Assembly (NCBI GenBank): GCA_963787125.1
Contig: CAWBBV010000007.1
Coordinates: 128,001 to 192,000, forward strand
Reading direction: 5' to 3'
Source of the DNA: an uncultured delta proteobacterium
GTDB taxonomy: Bacteria > Desulfobacterota > Desulfuromonadia > Geobacterales > DSM-12255
Length of the DNA: 64,000 nt
The notes under the pieces are model-generated. The model saw only the letters and a program-made list of their open reading frames with translations, had not been told where the DNA came from and made no database searches. Of this stretch, positions 1 through 10,285 are shown in pieces (the stretch's first letter is position 1; every line of letters starts with the position of its first letter). The translations under genes were made by a program, and so were the position numbers.

Positions 1-856
1 TGTCAATGACTTTCAACTCGGTTATTGTTGAGATAGATCGTGCTTGAGTGGGCGACAATTCCTGATCAAAAACCAGCATGGTTGCCCCAAGCTGAAGAGC
101 TTTGATGATGATTTCACGTATCTTGCCTTCGCCCATAAGATATTTGGGTGAAAATTGCCTTGGGCGTTGGATAAATGATTCTAGAACAAGGATGCCGGCA
201 GTTCGTGACAGTTCCTTTAGTTCATCAATAGAATCTGTTAGCTCAGCAACAGGGGAAGTCCCGACAGAGATAAGTATAGCGCGTTCTTTACTTGAATAAG
301 TTGCTTTAGTTTTAGATGAAACACGTTCTAAATCACTTTCCAGTGAGTTAATAAATTCTCGTATATCAATTTCATGCTGATGAATTGGACGATCAGGATA
401 AATTTTGTAAGGACGTTGATCTGAAAGGTCTGGATTAAGAGTAGCAAAAGTAATGCTGATCGAGGTGTCTATGCTCGCTTTAGGTGCATAAAGAACGGCA
501 ACCATATCGAGCCGGAGAAGCAAAAGGTCATTAATGTCATCGGTACTTACAGGTTCAGAGTTAAGGTGGGTATGGACTAAACGTAGTCCCCTGAGTTTCC
601 TTTTGCCGAGAGGAAAATTCTTTATCTCTGGCAACAGAATACTCTTCTCATCACCTACAACAACATACTCTACAGTACCGACTCTGGAAATCAGCAAAGC
701 TAATTGTCTGCCAATTTCATTTGAAAGAGTGGTCATTGATCGGGCAAGTTCAAAAGAAATAATTTCTGCCGGAGGCGTTCTCCGCCTGTAAAGGCGTTCG
801 AGGCTTGCCAATTGAATATGTTTTAATCCACTGAGGTTGCCATGAAGTTGTTTTAT
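1..856 (-). CDS. hflX: GTPase HflX, long N-terminal form (5' part; continues beyond the window's left edge)
   Basis: Not in the ORF track. Manual translation gives IKQLHGNLSGLK..LERLYRRR..GRQLALLISRVG..LRGLRLVHTHL..LLLLRLD..ELKELSRTAG..QRP..YLMGEGK..LVFDQELSPTQARSI..LKVID, the HflX N-terminal signature. The start is probably ATA at 856-854, 6 nt after AGGAG. Confidence 0.88.
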   Translation of the reverse strand, partial: MKQLHGNLSGLKHIQLASLERLYRRRTPPAEIISFELARSMTTLSNEIGRQLALLISRVGTVEYVVVGDEKSILLPEIKNFPLGKRKLRGLRLVHTHLNSEPVSTDDINDLLLLRLDMVAVLYAPKASIDTSISITFATLNPDLSDQRPYKIYPDRPIHQHEIDIREFINSLESDLERVSSKTKATYSSKERAILISVGTSPVAELTDSIDELKELSRTAGILVLESFIQRPRQFSPKYLMGEGKIREIIIKALQLGATMLVFDQELSPTQARSISTITELKVID

Positions 857-886
857 TGTTATCTCCTGTTTAAAAAAAAGACGGGA

Positions 887-1084
887 TTAGATATTCAACG
901 ATCTAATCGTATGCAACTGTTTTTCAATTGATATAAGACGATCCTCAATTTTCTCAAGTTTACTGACAGACTCTTCTACTCTTGCTTTTATAGAAAAAAT
1001 AACAAATGGCAGGATAAACCATATGACTGTGAGGAAAAAACCTGCCATCCAGAGTATAACTATTAACCCACCAAAAAGCTCCAT
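887..1084 (-). CDS. small membrane protein (one TM helix + coiled coil)
   Basis: ORF 887..1144; ATG at 1084 has GGAG upstream. Hydrophobic stretch LFGGLIVILWMAGFFLTVIWFILPFVIF is followed by a heptad-like tail. Confidence 0.6.
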   Translation of the reverse strand: MELFGGLIVILWMAGFFLTVIWFILPFVIFSIKARVEESVSKLEKIEDRLISIEKQLHTIRSLNI

Positions 1085-1228
1085 TTCATCTCCACTCGAA
1101 GTTGATTTTTCACTGAAATTAGTCTTAATAAGGTCAAAAGTCAATATTGATGGGTACGTAGGCTGTAAGAAGGGTAAAAACAGTTTCTAGTAATATTAAA
1201 GCTGTGTATAATAAAAAACGGAGATTTA

Positions 1229-3049
1229 ATGGCAACTGTCAGCACAAATATTTCAGATTTCTGCACTTCTCAAAGTCGGAAAGTCGATTTTCAAAGAATG
1301 CTTTTAATCGTTATGCTGGGTTTAATTACTTACAGCAATACTCTCAACTATCCGTTCATTTTTGATGATTACGCAAACATCGTTAATAATCCACAAATTA
1401 TCGACTTAACTTTTGCCGGAATAAAAAATGCTCTTGTGTCAAAACGTGCCATAGGCATCATTACATTTCAGTTGAACTATTACTACTTTGGGTTAAATCT
1501 ATTAAGTTATCATCTTGTGAATATAGTAGTACATATAACTTCATCTTTAGCAGTATATAAACTATTGCAACTACTCATGGAAACACCCTATATACTCATT
1601 AATTCTGATGATGAATACCGTAAACTTCCGCTACCACTTTTTTCAGCACTCATCTTTGTAGTTCATCCTGTACAGACTCAGGCAGTGACATATATAGTGC
1701 AGCGTTTTGCCTCATTGGCGGCTCTTTTCTATCTCTTGGCACTAATTTCGTACCTTAAAGCTCGAATAAGTTTGCATGCTTCTGGCAGTCATTTTACCTG
1801 GAAAATATTTATCTGGTCTGCAGCGTGTTCGCTCTTTACTTTTGCAGCGTTCTTTACCAAAGAGACTGCATTTACTCTTCCCCTCGCAATTATCTTAATT
1901 GAATTACTTTTCTTTAGTTACAGTGCTAAGAAATTATGTTGGTTTTTTAGTGCTGGTGGAGCCCTGGTAATTGCAATCATAAGCAAATATTCGGTTGCAG
2001 GTCACTTTGGGCAGGGGATACTAAAGATTCTTGATGAATCTACACGGATGCAGACTATTACATCTCGCTGGGATTACCTCTTTACCCAGTTCAGGGTGAT
2101 AATGACCTATATGCGACTGATCGCTTTTCCGGTCAATCAACGACTGGATTATGATTATGAACTTTCCCAAACTTTTTTTGATTGGAGAGTATTCTGCTCT
2201 TTTCTGATAATTATTGCTTTTTTGCTGGGAGCAGCTAGATTGATAAAACTTTCGGCGCATGGCTCCCCTCACTTACGCTTGGCTGCGTTTGGCATTTTAT
2301 GGTTTTTTCTGACCCTTTCAGTTGAGTCCAGTATCATTCCGATTATCGATCTGATATTCGAGCATCGCATTTACCTGCCGTTGTTTGGAGCAGTAACTGC
2401 GGTTTGTTCTACTGTGATAACTTCGTTGTGGAGGCGTGGAGAGTCGACAAGAAATACCCTCTGCTTCTGGGGTTTCATTCTGACTCTACTGCTCGGAGTA
2501 ATTTCTTTTAACAGAAATAGTGTCTGGAAAAGCGAGGTCTCCGTCTGGGCAGATACAGTTAAAAAGAGTCCCAATAGTGCCAGAGCATGGAATAACCTTG
2601 GTGCTAGTTACATTAAACAAGGTGAGCCGTTAAGCGCGCTTAAAGCCGTTATCAGGTCAGTTGAGCTTGATCCATCTAAAGCTGATGCAATGAATAATCT
2701 TGGGATAGCTATAGATCTTATGGGAGCCTACAATGACAGATTTAACAAGACAGCAGAGATGTTCATTTCTGCGGAATCTATAGAAAACAAGGTTGTCAGC
2801 AGGTGGCTAGGTGATGTAAACAATAATTTAGGCCTTGGTTATGAAATAATCGGTAACCTGCCAAAAGCTGCTGAAAGCTACAGGAACTCCGTAGGCTATA
2901 ATCCTTCACTTGGATTGGCATATTACAATCTCGGTATCTTGAGTGCGAAAATGGGAGATGCAGGTAAATACCATGAGCAGCTTCAGATTCTCTGGCTGCT
3001 GGATCCTGCTCTTGCTGAACGACTTCAGCTCAGAGTCGGGCTGAGGTGA
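1229..3049 (+). CDS. TMTC-like GT-C glycosyltransferase with C-terminal TPRs
   Basis: Motifs YSNTL.YPFIFDD..IVNNP, HPVQTQAVTYIVQR, KETA, YMRL..FP..QRLDY, EHRIYLP; about 11 TM segments; TPRs such as ARAWNNLG and AYYNLG. Confidence 0.82.
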   Translation: MATVSTNISDFCTSQSRKVDFQRMLLIVMLGLITYSNTLNYPFIFDDYANIVNNPQIIDLTFAGIKNALVSKRAIGIITFQLNYYYFGLNLLSYHLVNIVVHITSSLAVYKLLQLLMETPYILINSDDEYRKLPLPLFSALIFVVHPVQTQAVTYIVQRFASLAALFYLLALISYLKARISLHASGSHFTWKIFIWSAACSLFTFAAFFTKETAFTLPLAIILIELLFFSYSAKKLCWFFSAGGALVIAIISKYSVAGHFGQGILKILDESTRMQTITSRWDYLFTQFRVIMTYMRLIAFPVNQRLDYDYELSQTFFDWRVFCSFLIIIAFLLGAARLIKLSAHGSPHLRLAAFGILWFFLTLSVESSIIPIIDLIFEHRIYLPLFGAVTAVCSTVITSLWRRGESTRNTLCFWGFILTLLLGVISFNRNSVWKSEVSVWADTVKKSPNSARAWNNLGASYIKQGEPLSALKAVIRSVELDPSKADAMNNLGIAIDLMGAYNDRFNKTAEMFISAESIENKVVSRWLGDVNNNLGLGYEIIGNLPKAAESYRNSVGYNPSLGLAYYNLGILSAKMGDAGKYHEQLQILWLLDPALAERLQLRVGLR

Positions 3050-3768
3050 TGCCTTTGTCTGATACCCTAATAATTATTCCGGCTTACAATGAAGCGTTCG
3101 GCATAGCTACAGTAATTGCCAATATCCGCAAGCACGTTCCTGATTTCGATATTCTTGTCATTAATGACGGTTCAACTGACAATACTGCCGCAATAGCCAG
3201 CGATGCTGGTGCAAAAGTCGTTTCGCACAACTTCAACATGGGATATGGCGTAACCATCCAGACTGGATACAAATTTGCTTATGAGAAAGGCTACAAATAT
3301 ATTATACAGATTGACGGAGATGGACAGCATGACCCTTCTTTTATAAGCCAGCTGCTTGAGCCAGTTCGTAACGGAGACATAGATTTTGCAATAGGTTCAA
3401 GATTCCTCTGGTTTGACAGCTATAGGCCCTCTTTTTCGAGGCGATTAGGGATTCTTTTTTTCCGCAAGCTTGTGACAGTAATTATCGGACGGGAGATATC
3501 AGATCCTACGTCAGGCTACCAGGCTTTTAACAGAGATGTTATGAAGTTTTTTACGACCGATATCTTTCCGTATGATTATCCTGATGCTGACATGCTGATA
3601 ACGCTTAATCTGGCCGGCTTCAGGATGAGAGAAATCCCGGTCAGGATGTTTGCAAACGCGAGCGGCAAGACAATGCATAGTGGCACCAAGCCTTTGTATT
3701 ACATGGTAAAGATGTGCCTTTCTATTATTGTTACGTTGTTGCGTAACAGGCAGCTTTACCGGAGATAG
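3046..3768 (+). CDS. GT2 glycosyltransferase, DPM1 / polyprenol-phosphate type
   Basis: IIIPAYNE, VINDGSTD, QIDGDGQHDP, GSRF, DPTSGY motifs. Confidence 0.88.
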   Translation: MMPLSDTLIIIPAYNEAFGIATVIANIRKHVPDFDILVINDGSTDNTAAIASDAGAKVVSHNFNMGYGVTIQTGYKFAYEKGYKYIIQIDGDGQHDPSFISQLLEPVRNGDIDFAIGSRFLWFDSYRPSFSRRLGILFFRKLVTVIIGREISDPTSGYQAFNRDVMKFFTTDIFPYDYPDADMLITLNLAGFRMREIPVRMFANASGKTMHSGTKPLYYMVKMCLSIIVTLLRNRQLYRR

Positions 3769-3771
3769 ACA

Positions 3772-4167
3772 ATGACAATTAAACAGCAAATATTTTCAAT
3801 GTTGGTAAGTCTGGGCGTATTCTTCTTTACCATTGATCTGGTAAGAAAAAAAAGACTGCGCGAAGAATATTCGCTGCTCTGGCTCGGCACCAGTATTTTG
3901 ATGCTTGTACTTATAGCCCGTTACGAATGGCTCATGACATTGACAACGCTCATAGGGGCAGTGCTGCCTACAACGACACTTTTTCTCGGATCAATTCTTT
4001 TTTTAGTGCTGCTGGCAGTGCAGTTCTCAATTAAAATTTCCAATCTGTCAAATCAGGTTAAGGATCTTGTGCAGGAAAACGCTCTGCTTCGATACGAGTT
4101 CGAAAAGTGCCGTAATTATCTAGAAGTTCAGCTTAAGGATAACAAAAACATCAGCCCAGAGGGGTAA
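3772..4167 (+). CDS. DUF2304-like membrane protein (usual partner of DPM1-like GT2)
   Basis: LVRKKRLREEYSLLWL motif, three TM helices, C-terminal ..KDLVQENALL; directly after the GT2. Confidence 0.78.
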   Translation: MTIKQQIFSMLVSLGVFFFTIDLVRKKRLREEYSLLWLGTSILMLVLIARYEWLMTLTTLIGAVLPTTTLFLGSILFLVLLAVQFSIKISNLSNQVKDLVQENALLRYEFEKCRNYLEVQLKDNKNISPEG

Positions 4168-4171
4168 TGAA

Positions 4172-5116
4172 GTGGATTTAAGTATAGTAGTTCCGATTTA
4201 TAATGAAGAAGAAAGCCTAAGTCTCTTACATGAAAGAGTAACTGCGTCTCTTGAGAATACCGGGCTTGATTATGAACTTATTTTAGTTGATGACGGCTCA
4301 AGCGATCGTTCTTTTTTGCTGCTGAAAGAGCTGGCGGTTCAGGATCCGAGAGTAAAAGTGATCCGATTTAGAAGGAATTTCGGACAGACCGCTGCGATGG
4401 CCGCCGGATTTGATGCAGCATCAGGTAGAGTTGTTGTCCCGATGGATGGTGATTTGCAGAATGATCCATCTGATATACCGAGACTTCTGGCGAAAATTGA
4501 TGAAGGCTATGATGTGGTTTCCGGATGGCGGAAAGATCGACAGGATACTTTCATAAACCGCAAGCTGCCTTCAATGATAGCCAATGGACTTATCTCAAAA
4601 TTTACAGGAGTCCATCTTCATGATTACGGCTGTACACTAAAGGCTTACAGGAAAGAGGTGTTGGAGGGGATCAATCTTTATGGAGAGATGCACCGCTTTG
4701 TTCCTGCCCTGGCTTCACAGGTCGGTGCCAAGGTAACAGAGTTGCCGGTTAAGCATCACTCCAGACTTTTCGGCACGAGCAAATACGGGATATCCAGGAC
4801 AGTCAGGGTTGTCCTGGATCTTATGACCGTAAAGTTTCTTCTCCAGTATTCAACAAAACCTATTCAGCTCTTCGGCAAGTGGGGGGTATACACTCTTTTT
4901 TCCGGGGCTCTGAGCGGCGCTGCGACTCTTTATATGAAGATATTCGAACATATGAGCATGAATCGTAACCCTTTGTGGATATTGACCATATTTCTCTTTT
5001 TTATGGGGATTCAGTTCATTGTTCTCGGTCTTCTTGGAGAATTGAATGCTCGCACCTATTATGAAGCACAGGGGAAACCGATCTATGTTGTGCGTGAGAA
5101 GCTGAATCTTGACTGA
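4172..5116 (+). CDS. GT2 glycosyltransferase, ArnC/GtrB-like undecaprenyl-phosphate glycosyltransferase
   Basis: SIVVPIYNEE, DDGSSD, RNFGQTAAM, MDGDLQNDP, LHDYGCTLKAYR; two C-terminal TM helices. Confidence 0.88.
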   Translation: MDLSIVVPIYNEEESLSLLHERVTASLENTGLDYELILVDDGSSDRSFLLLKELAVQDPRVKVIRFRRNFGQTAAMAAGFDAASGRVVVPMDGDLQNDPSDIPRLLAKIDEGYDVVSGWRKDRQDTFINRKLPSMIANGLISKFTGVHLHDYGCTLKAYRKEVLEGINLYGEMHRFVPALASQVGAKVTELPVKHHSRLFGTSKYGISRTVRVVLDLMTVKFLLQYSTKPIQLFGKWGVYTLFSGALSGAATLYMKIFEHMSMNRNPLWILTIFLFFMGIQFIVLGLLGELNARTYYEAQGKPIYVVREKLNLD

Positions 5117-6293
5117 AAAATGTCTTAAAATCCTTATGTTGGCACCAACCCCTTTTTTTGCTGACAGGGGGTGTCATGTCAGGATTTATGAAGAAGCACG
5201 TGCTCTTCAGGATTTTGGCAACATAGTTGAAATTATCACTTATCACATCGGTCGAGATATTCCCGGGATAACAACTCACCGGATTGCATCTATCCCCTGG
5301 TATTCCAAACTTGAAGCAGGTCCTTCTTGGCACAAACCCTACCTTGATATACTTCTTTTTTTCAAAGCGCTCACAGTTGCCCGCAGGTTGAAGCCGGATC
5401 TGATTCATGCCCATCTCCATGAGGGTGCTCTTATAGGGGCTCTACTGAAAAAAATATTAGGTATCCCATTGATTTTTGATTGTCAGGGGAGCTTAACCGG
5501 AGAAATGATAGACCATGGGTTCATGGCGTCGAACTCAGTCATGAGCAGAATTTTCAGCCATATAGAAAGATTTATAGATAAAAGAGCCGATATGATTATT
5601 ACCAGTTCGACTTTAGCTGCGGAGGATCTGACCAATCGCTGGAGGATTCCTGAGCGGATTGTGACTACGTTGACTGATGCTGTCAATACCGACGAGTTTT
5701 ATCCGATCAATAGCGATTGTTTGAAAAAGGAGCTGGATTTGCCTGGAGACAGGCCTATTGTCGCCTTTCTTGGACTGTTCAATAGCTATCAGGGGGTTGA
5801 TCTCCTCATGGATGTTATCAGGATACTAAAACAGAGACTGACAAAAGTACATTTTCTCCTGATGGGTTTTCCTGATGAGAGATACCGTCAACTCGCTGCG
5901 GAACTGGCTATAGCCGATATGATTACTTTTACCGGGAAGGTAGATTACACAAAAGCGCCGCATTACCTTTGTGCTGCTGACGTTGCAATCTCTCCGAAGA
6001 TCTCGTTGACAGAAGCAAACGGCAAGCTGTTCAATTATCTTGCCTGTGGACTGCCTTGCGTTGTTTTTGATACTCCAGTTAACAGGGAAATACTTGGCGA
6101 AATAGGCGTTTACGCCAACTTCGGCGATGCAACCGATTTTGCCGATAAGCTTGAAGCATTGCTTGGAAATTCTGACCAGACGACTCGCCTTGGCAGAATC
6201 AGCAGAGAAAAAGCTGTATTGGAACATTCGTGGCATGCAAGGGGTGCAGCTCTTGTGCAGCTTTACCAGACTCTTCTGGCGAGCCGTTCATGA
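5109..6293 (+). CDS. GT4 (GT-B) glycosyltransferase
   Basis: APTPFFADRGCHVRIYEE, IHAHLHEG, EANGKLFNYLACGLP motifs; TTG start overlaps the previous stop. Confidence 0.85.
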   Translation: MTEKCLKILMLAPTPFFADRGCHVRIYEEARALQDFGNIVEIITYHIGRDIPGITTHRIASIPWYSKLEAGPSWHKPYLDILLFFKALTVARRLKPDLIHAHLHEGALIGALLKKILGIPLIFDCQGSLTGEMIDHGFMASNSVMSRIFSHIERFIDKRADMIITSSTLAAEDLTNRWRIPERIVTTLTDAVNTDEFYPINSDCLKKELDLPGDRPIVAFLGLFNSYQGVDLLMDVIRILKQRLTKVHFLLMGFPDERYRQLAAELAIADMITFTGKVDYTKAPHYLCAADVAISPKISLTEANGKLFNYLACGLPCVVFDTPVNREILGEIGVYANFGDATDFADKLEALLGNSDQTTRLGRISREKAVLEHSWHARGAALVQLYQTLLASRS

Positions 6294-6350
6294 TATGAAC
6301 ATTTCTGCTTGCCAGATTTTATTCAATCATTTAATGTTCACGATATGAAC
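6286..6350. promoter_or_regulatory. pair of palindromic operators GTTCA-N5-TGAAC, probably bound by the adjacent MarR-type regulator
   Basis: GTTCAtgataTGAAC at 6286-6300 and GTTCAcgataTGAAC at 6336-6350, exactly 50 bp apart; the second covers the ATG at 6345. Confidence 0.65.
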
Positions 6351-6944
6351 GATAACGAAAAAACACTCGATTCCTACCGATCTTTTCTGCTCTTGTCCGA
6401 GATTGTTGGTGAAGAGCCCCTTTCTCAGCGGGAAATCTCAAAGCGTCTCGGAATTGCAGTTGGGTTGGTTAATTCATACCTGAAAAATCTGATTGCCAAG
6501 GGGTACGTTAGGGTAAAAAATTTTCCGAGCAATCGTTATGCGTATCTGCTCACTCCTCAAGGGATAGCCGAAAAGAGCAGGTTGGCTTATCAGCATATTT
6601 CCTATTTTACAAATCTTTATACTCTGGCTCGTCAGGACTTTCTTGAGCTTTTCCGGACTCTTGAGGCCAGAGGTGTTCGCCAGGTTATATTTTGCGGAGT
6701 GGATGAAGTGGCAGAGATCGCTTATCTGTCACTGCGGGAAACGAAGATCGAATTAGCCGCTGTTTTTGATGACGTCGGCGCTGGAGAAAAGTTTTTCGGT
6801 ATAACGGTGCAGTCGCTGGCTTGCCTTGATAAATCCGAAACCATGCCTATTGTAATTAGCTCATTGAAAGGGCGTACTGAGCTGCATAATTCACTTTGCT
6901 GCCAAGGTACGATGCTGAATCGCATTTACTCAGTTTGCGGCTGA
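6345..6944 (+). CDS. winged-helix MarR-family regulator of the EPS-associated type, with a C-terminal Rossmann-like domain
   Basis: LSQREISKRLGIAVGLVNSYLKNLIAKGYV..YAYLLTPQGIAEKSRL; ATG at 6345 preferred over the TTG at 6309. Confidence 0.85.
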   Translation: MNDNEKTLDSYRSFLLLSEIVGEEPLSQREISKRLGIAVGLVNSYLKNLIAKGYVRVKNFPSNRYAYLLTPQGIAEKSRLAYQHISYFTNLYTLARQDFLELFRTLEARGVRQVIFCGVDEVAEIAYLSLRETKIELAAVFDDVGAGEKFFGITVQSLACLDKSETMPIVISSLKGRTELHNSLCCQGTMLNRIYSVCG

Positions 6945-7042
6945 ATATAGCAAGCTTTTGACAAGTTATTGAAGCATAGATCAAGACTATGAAACAGCTA
7001 ACCAACTATTGGATGATTGTGAAAGGTGTTAATCGTTAACTT

Positions 7043-8017
7043 ATGACTAAAAAAGCATTGATCACCGGAATTGCCGGACAAGACGGATCCTATCTGGCGG
7101 AATTGCTGTTGGCTAAAGGCTACGAAGTCCATGGTATAGTCCGTCGTATCGCCATTGAAGATACCGAGCACAAGCTGAAGAACATCGGCCATCTGCTGGA
7201 CCGGATCACATTGCATGTTGCCTCTTTGGACAACGTCCTGTCGCTGATCAAGGTTGTGCGGACTGTGGCGCCGGATGAATGCTATCATCTGGCCGCTTCC
7301 AGTTTTGTCAGCTACTCTTTTGAGGACGAGATGTCAATCCTCAACAACAACATTAACACAACTCATTATCTGCTGGCCGCGCTCAAAGAGTTTGTTCCGG
7401 ATTGCCGTTTCTACTATGCCGGTACCAGTGAGATGTTTGGCGCTGTTGATTGCATACCGCAGGATGAACAGACCCCTTTCAACCCTCGTGCCATCTACGG
7501 TGTCTCCAAGGTTGCCGGCTACCACTTGGTAAAGAACTATCGGATTCAATACAAAATGTTCGCCTGCAGCGGGATTCTTTATAACCATGAGTCGCCGCGG
7601 CGCGGTTATGAGTTTGTTACTCGTAAAATCATCTCTACAGCGGTGAAAATAAAGTTGGGTCTGCGCCATGAACTGGCTCTTGGCAATCTGGATGCCCTTC
7701 GTGACTGGGGATATGCTCCTGACTACGTTAATGCCATGTGGCTGATGCTTCAGGCGGAACATCCGGATGATTATGTAGTGGCTACTGGCGAGACTCATAC
7801 AGTGCGTGAGTTTGTCGGGATGGCTTTTGCGGCGGTGGGTCTCGATTACCAGAAGTATGTGCGGGTCGATCCTAAATTTTATCGATCCACTGAATTGGTG
7901 CCGTTATGTGGTAATCCGGGTAAAATTATAGCCTGTCTGGGCTGGCAGCGGACCAGAACACTGCAGGAAATCATCAGCGAAATGGTGGCGGCGGAGATGG
8001 CAGCGCACGCACAATAA
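7043..8017 (+). CDS. gmd: GDP-mannose 4,6-dehydratase
   Basis: ALITGIAGQDGSYLAELLL, TSEMFG, YGVSK, GILYNHESPRRG.EFVTRKI, LGNLDALRDWGYA. Confidence 0.9.
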   Translation: MTKKALITGIAGQDGSYLAELLLAKGYEVHGIVRRIAIEDTEHKLKNIGHLLDRITLHVASLDNVLSLIKVVRTVAPDECYHLAASSFVSYSFEDEMSILNNNINTTHYLLAALKEFVPDCRFYYAGTSEMFGAVDCIPQDEQTPFNPRAIYGVSKVAGYHLVKNYRIQYKMFACSGILYNHESPRRGYEFVTRKIISTAVKIKLGLRHELALGNLDALRDWGYAPDYVNAMWLMLQAEHPDDYVVATGETHTVREFVGMAFAAVGLDYQKYVRVDPKFYRSTELVPLCGNPGKIIACLGWQRTRTLQEIISEMVAAEMAAHAQ

Positions 8018-8077
8018 TGCGAGTGGCATTAAACAATACTATTGGGAAACGATTGCTTTGAATAAAGGAGTGGTGCA

Positions 8078-8845
8078 ATGAAAGTGGTCATTCTGGCGGG
8101 TGGTTTGGGGACAAGGTTAAGCGAAGAGACGACACTGCGACCTAAACCGATGGTTGAGATCGGCGGCAAGCCGATTCTCTGGCATATCATGAAGATCTAT
8201 TCCTATTACGGTTTCAATGATTTTGTTATCTGTCTCGGTTTCAAGGGGTACATGATCAAGGAGTACTTCTCCAACTACTTCCTCCACATGAGCGATGTCA
8301 CCTTTGACATGACGACTAACAGCATGGAAGTTCATCAGAAAAACGTTGAGCCGTGGCGGGTGACTCTGGTGGATACAGGCGCAGAGTCCATGACTGGTGG
8401 CCGCGTCAGGCGCGTGGCTCCCTATCTTGACGGTACTTTCATGCTTACCTATGGTGACGGGGTCGCCAATGTCAATATCCGTGAGCTGGTAGCTTTCCAC
8501 CAGCGACACGGGAAAGCTGCGACCGTTACCTCAACCCAGCCGTCGGGTCGTTTCGGGGCACTTAATATGAATGCTGACGGCCAGGTTGTTTCCTTCCAGG
8601 AAAAGCCGGCAGGGGACGGTTCATGGATAAATGGCGGGTTCTTCGTGCTTGAACCATCGGTACTTGATCTCATCAGTGCTGATAGTACGGTATTCGAGAA
8701 GGAACCGCTGGAGCGATTGGCGGGAGAGGGAGAACTGGTGGCCTACAAGCATAGCGGTTTTTGGCAACCGATGGATACCTTGCGGGACAAACAGCAGTTA
8801 GAGGACCTCTGGCTGAACGGCAAGGCGCCCTGGAAACTCTGGTGA
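8078..8845 (+). CDS. rfbF: glucose-1-phosphate cytidylyltransferase
   Basis: [57 protein letters not shown]. Confidence 0.95.
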   Translation: MKVVILAGGLGTRLSEETTLRPKPMVEIGGKPILWHIMKIYSYYGFNDFVICLGFKGYMIKEYFSNYFLHMSDVTFDMTTNSMEVHQKNVEPWRVTLVDTGAESMTGGRVRRVAPYLDGTFMLTYGDGVANVNIRELVAFHQRHGKAATVTSTQPSGRFGALNMNADGQVVSFQEKPAGDGSWINGGFFVLEPSVLDLISADSTVFEKEPLERLAGEGELVAYKHSGFWQPMDTLRDKQQLEDLWLNGKAPWKLW

Positions 8846-8892
8846 ATCAAAGGATATGGCAGTGTCTATATTGATGGCGTGCACAAACTAAC

Positions 8893-10098
8893 ATGAACAT
8901 TCAAACGATGAAATCACTGGACTGGATTGTCGGAGTGCCGGTCTGTTTGTTTCTCGACCTGATTAACAAGGTGTCAACCCTTTTCCCGAGTCGTCCCATT
9001 CGACAACCGGAAAAAATCCTCATCATGAAGTATTTCGGCATGGGGAGCATCCTCCTGGCTTCGCCACTGCTCCGGGCATTGAGACAGCAGTATCCTGAGG
9101 CTACCATAGGGTTCCTGACGTTCGCTTCAAATCGTTCCATTGTAGAACGGTTGCAATTGGTCGACCGGATTTATCTGTTGCGGACGGACAGCCTGTTGCG
9201 GTTCGCCGGGGATGTATTACGGAATCTCTGGCTCATCCGACTCGAACATTATGATGTGACAATTGACATGGAATTCTTCGCCAAGTTTTCCACCATTATG
9301 ACTTACTTGTCGGGCAGTCCCAAGCGGATCGGCTATTTTCTACGCCAGCTGTGGCGTGGTGATCTTCTGACTGATCAGATTTACTATAATCACTTCAAGC
9401 ATATTACCGAGATATTTGCAGCACTGGTGGTGCCGCTTGGAGTGGTCGTGACAGATTACTCTCTGACCCCTCCCGTCATAACGTCGGCCGAAGCTGAAGC
9501 AGCTGAAAAGGTCCTGTCTGCTCATGGCATCGGCGCCGATATGCCACTGATAGCATTCAATGTAAATGCCAGCGATCTCTCCTTTGAACGGCGCTGGCCA
9601 AAGGAGAAATTCAGGGAACTGGCTCTGGCGCTGCTGGACGAGGTGAAAGCCTCATTGCTGTTTGTAGGCGGGGGAGATGAGGCTGACTATGTTGTAGAGG
9701 TGGTTGCAGGTATTCCGGCTCATTCACGCATCTTTAATCTGGCGGGTAAGACGTCGTTGGGGGAATTGCTTGCCATTATTCAGCGCTGTGACCTGTTCAT
9801 TTCCAACGACAGTGGTCCGCTCCACCTTGCTGCCGCATTTCAAGTGCCGACTGTCTCTTTTTTCGGCCCGGAAAGCCCTAGTCTTTATGGACCGAAAGGC
9901 GGGGATGCGCTGGTTTTTTACGAAGACATCTACTGCAGCCCCTGTCTCAACGTCTATAACGTGAAAACGGCCCCCTGTGATGGTGAAAACATCTGTATGC
10001 GCTCTATTGAGCCGGCGACGGTTCTGCAGGCCATACGCGAAAGACATGCACAGTTGTGGAAGAATAGTGGGAGCAGTGGAGTACCGGGGAATCCTTAG
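8893..10098 (+). CDS. GT9 (heptosyltransferase-like) glycosyltransferase
   Basis: KYFGMGSILL, RRWP, LAGKTSLGEL, FISNDSGPLHLAAA..VPTVSFFGP; C-terminal CSPC..C..CM. Confidence 0.85.
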   Translation: MNIQTMKSLDWIVGVPVCLFLDLINKVSTLFPSRPIRQPEKILIMKYFGMGSILLASPLLRALRQQYPEATIGFLTFASNRSIVERLQLVDRIYLLRTDSLLRFAGDVLRNLWLIRLEHYDVTIDMEFFAKFSTIMTYLSGSPKRIGYFLRQLWRGDLLTDQIYYNHFKHITEIFAALVVPLGVVVTDYSLTPPVITSAEAEAAEKVLSAHGIGADMPLIAFNVNASDLSFERRWPKEKFRELALALLDEVKASLLFVGGGDEADYVVEVVAGIPAHSRIFNLAGKTSLGELLAIIQRCDLFISNDSGPLHLAAAFQVPTVSFFGPESPSLYGPKGGDALVFYEDIYCSPCLNVYNVKTAPCDGENICMRSIEPATVLQAIRERHAQLWKNSGSSGVPGNP

Positions 10099-10285
10099 CG
10101 ACGCCGGTCTTTAGTAACAAGGTCCTTCATAACCAAATAGTTTATTGCCGCATGGCAGACTAGTGACGTAACTTGCAAAAAGGTATCAAAGCACGAAACA
10201 ATTACTGGCGACACTAAAAGCAGAATTAATTTATGCCTGCACTTCTATGCTGAGGCAATAGGCTTTTTACAGTTGCGGAGCAAGT

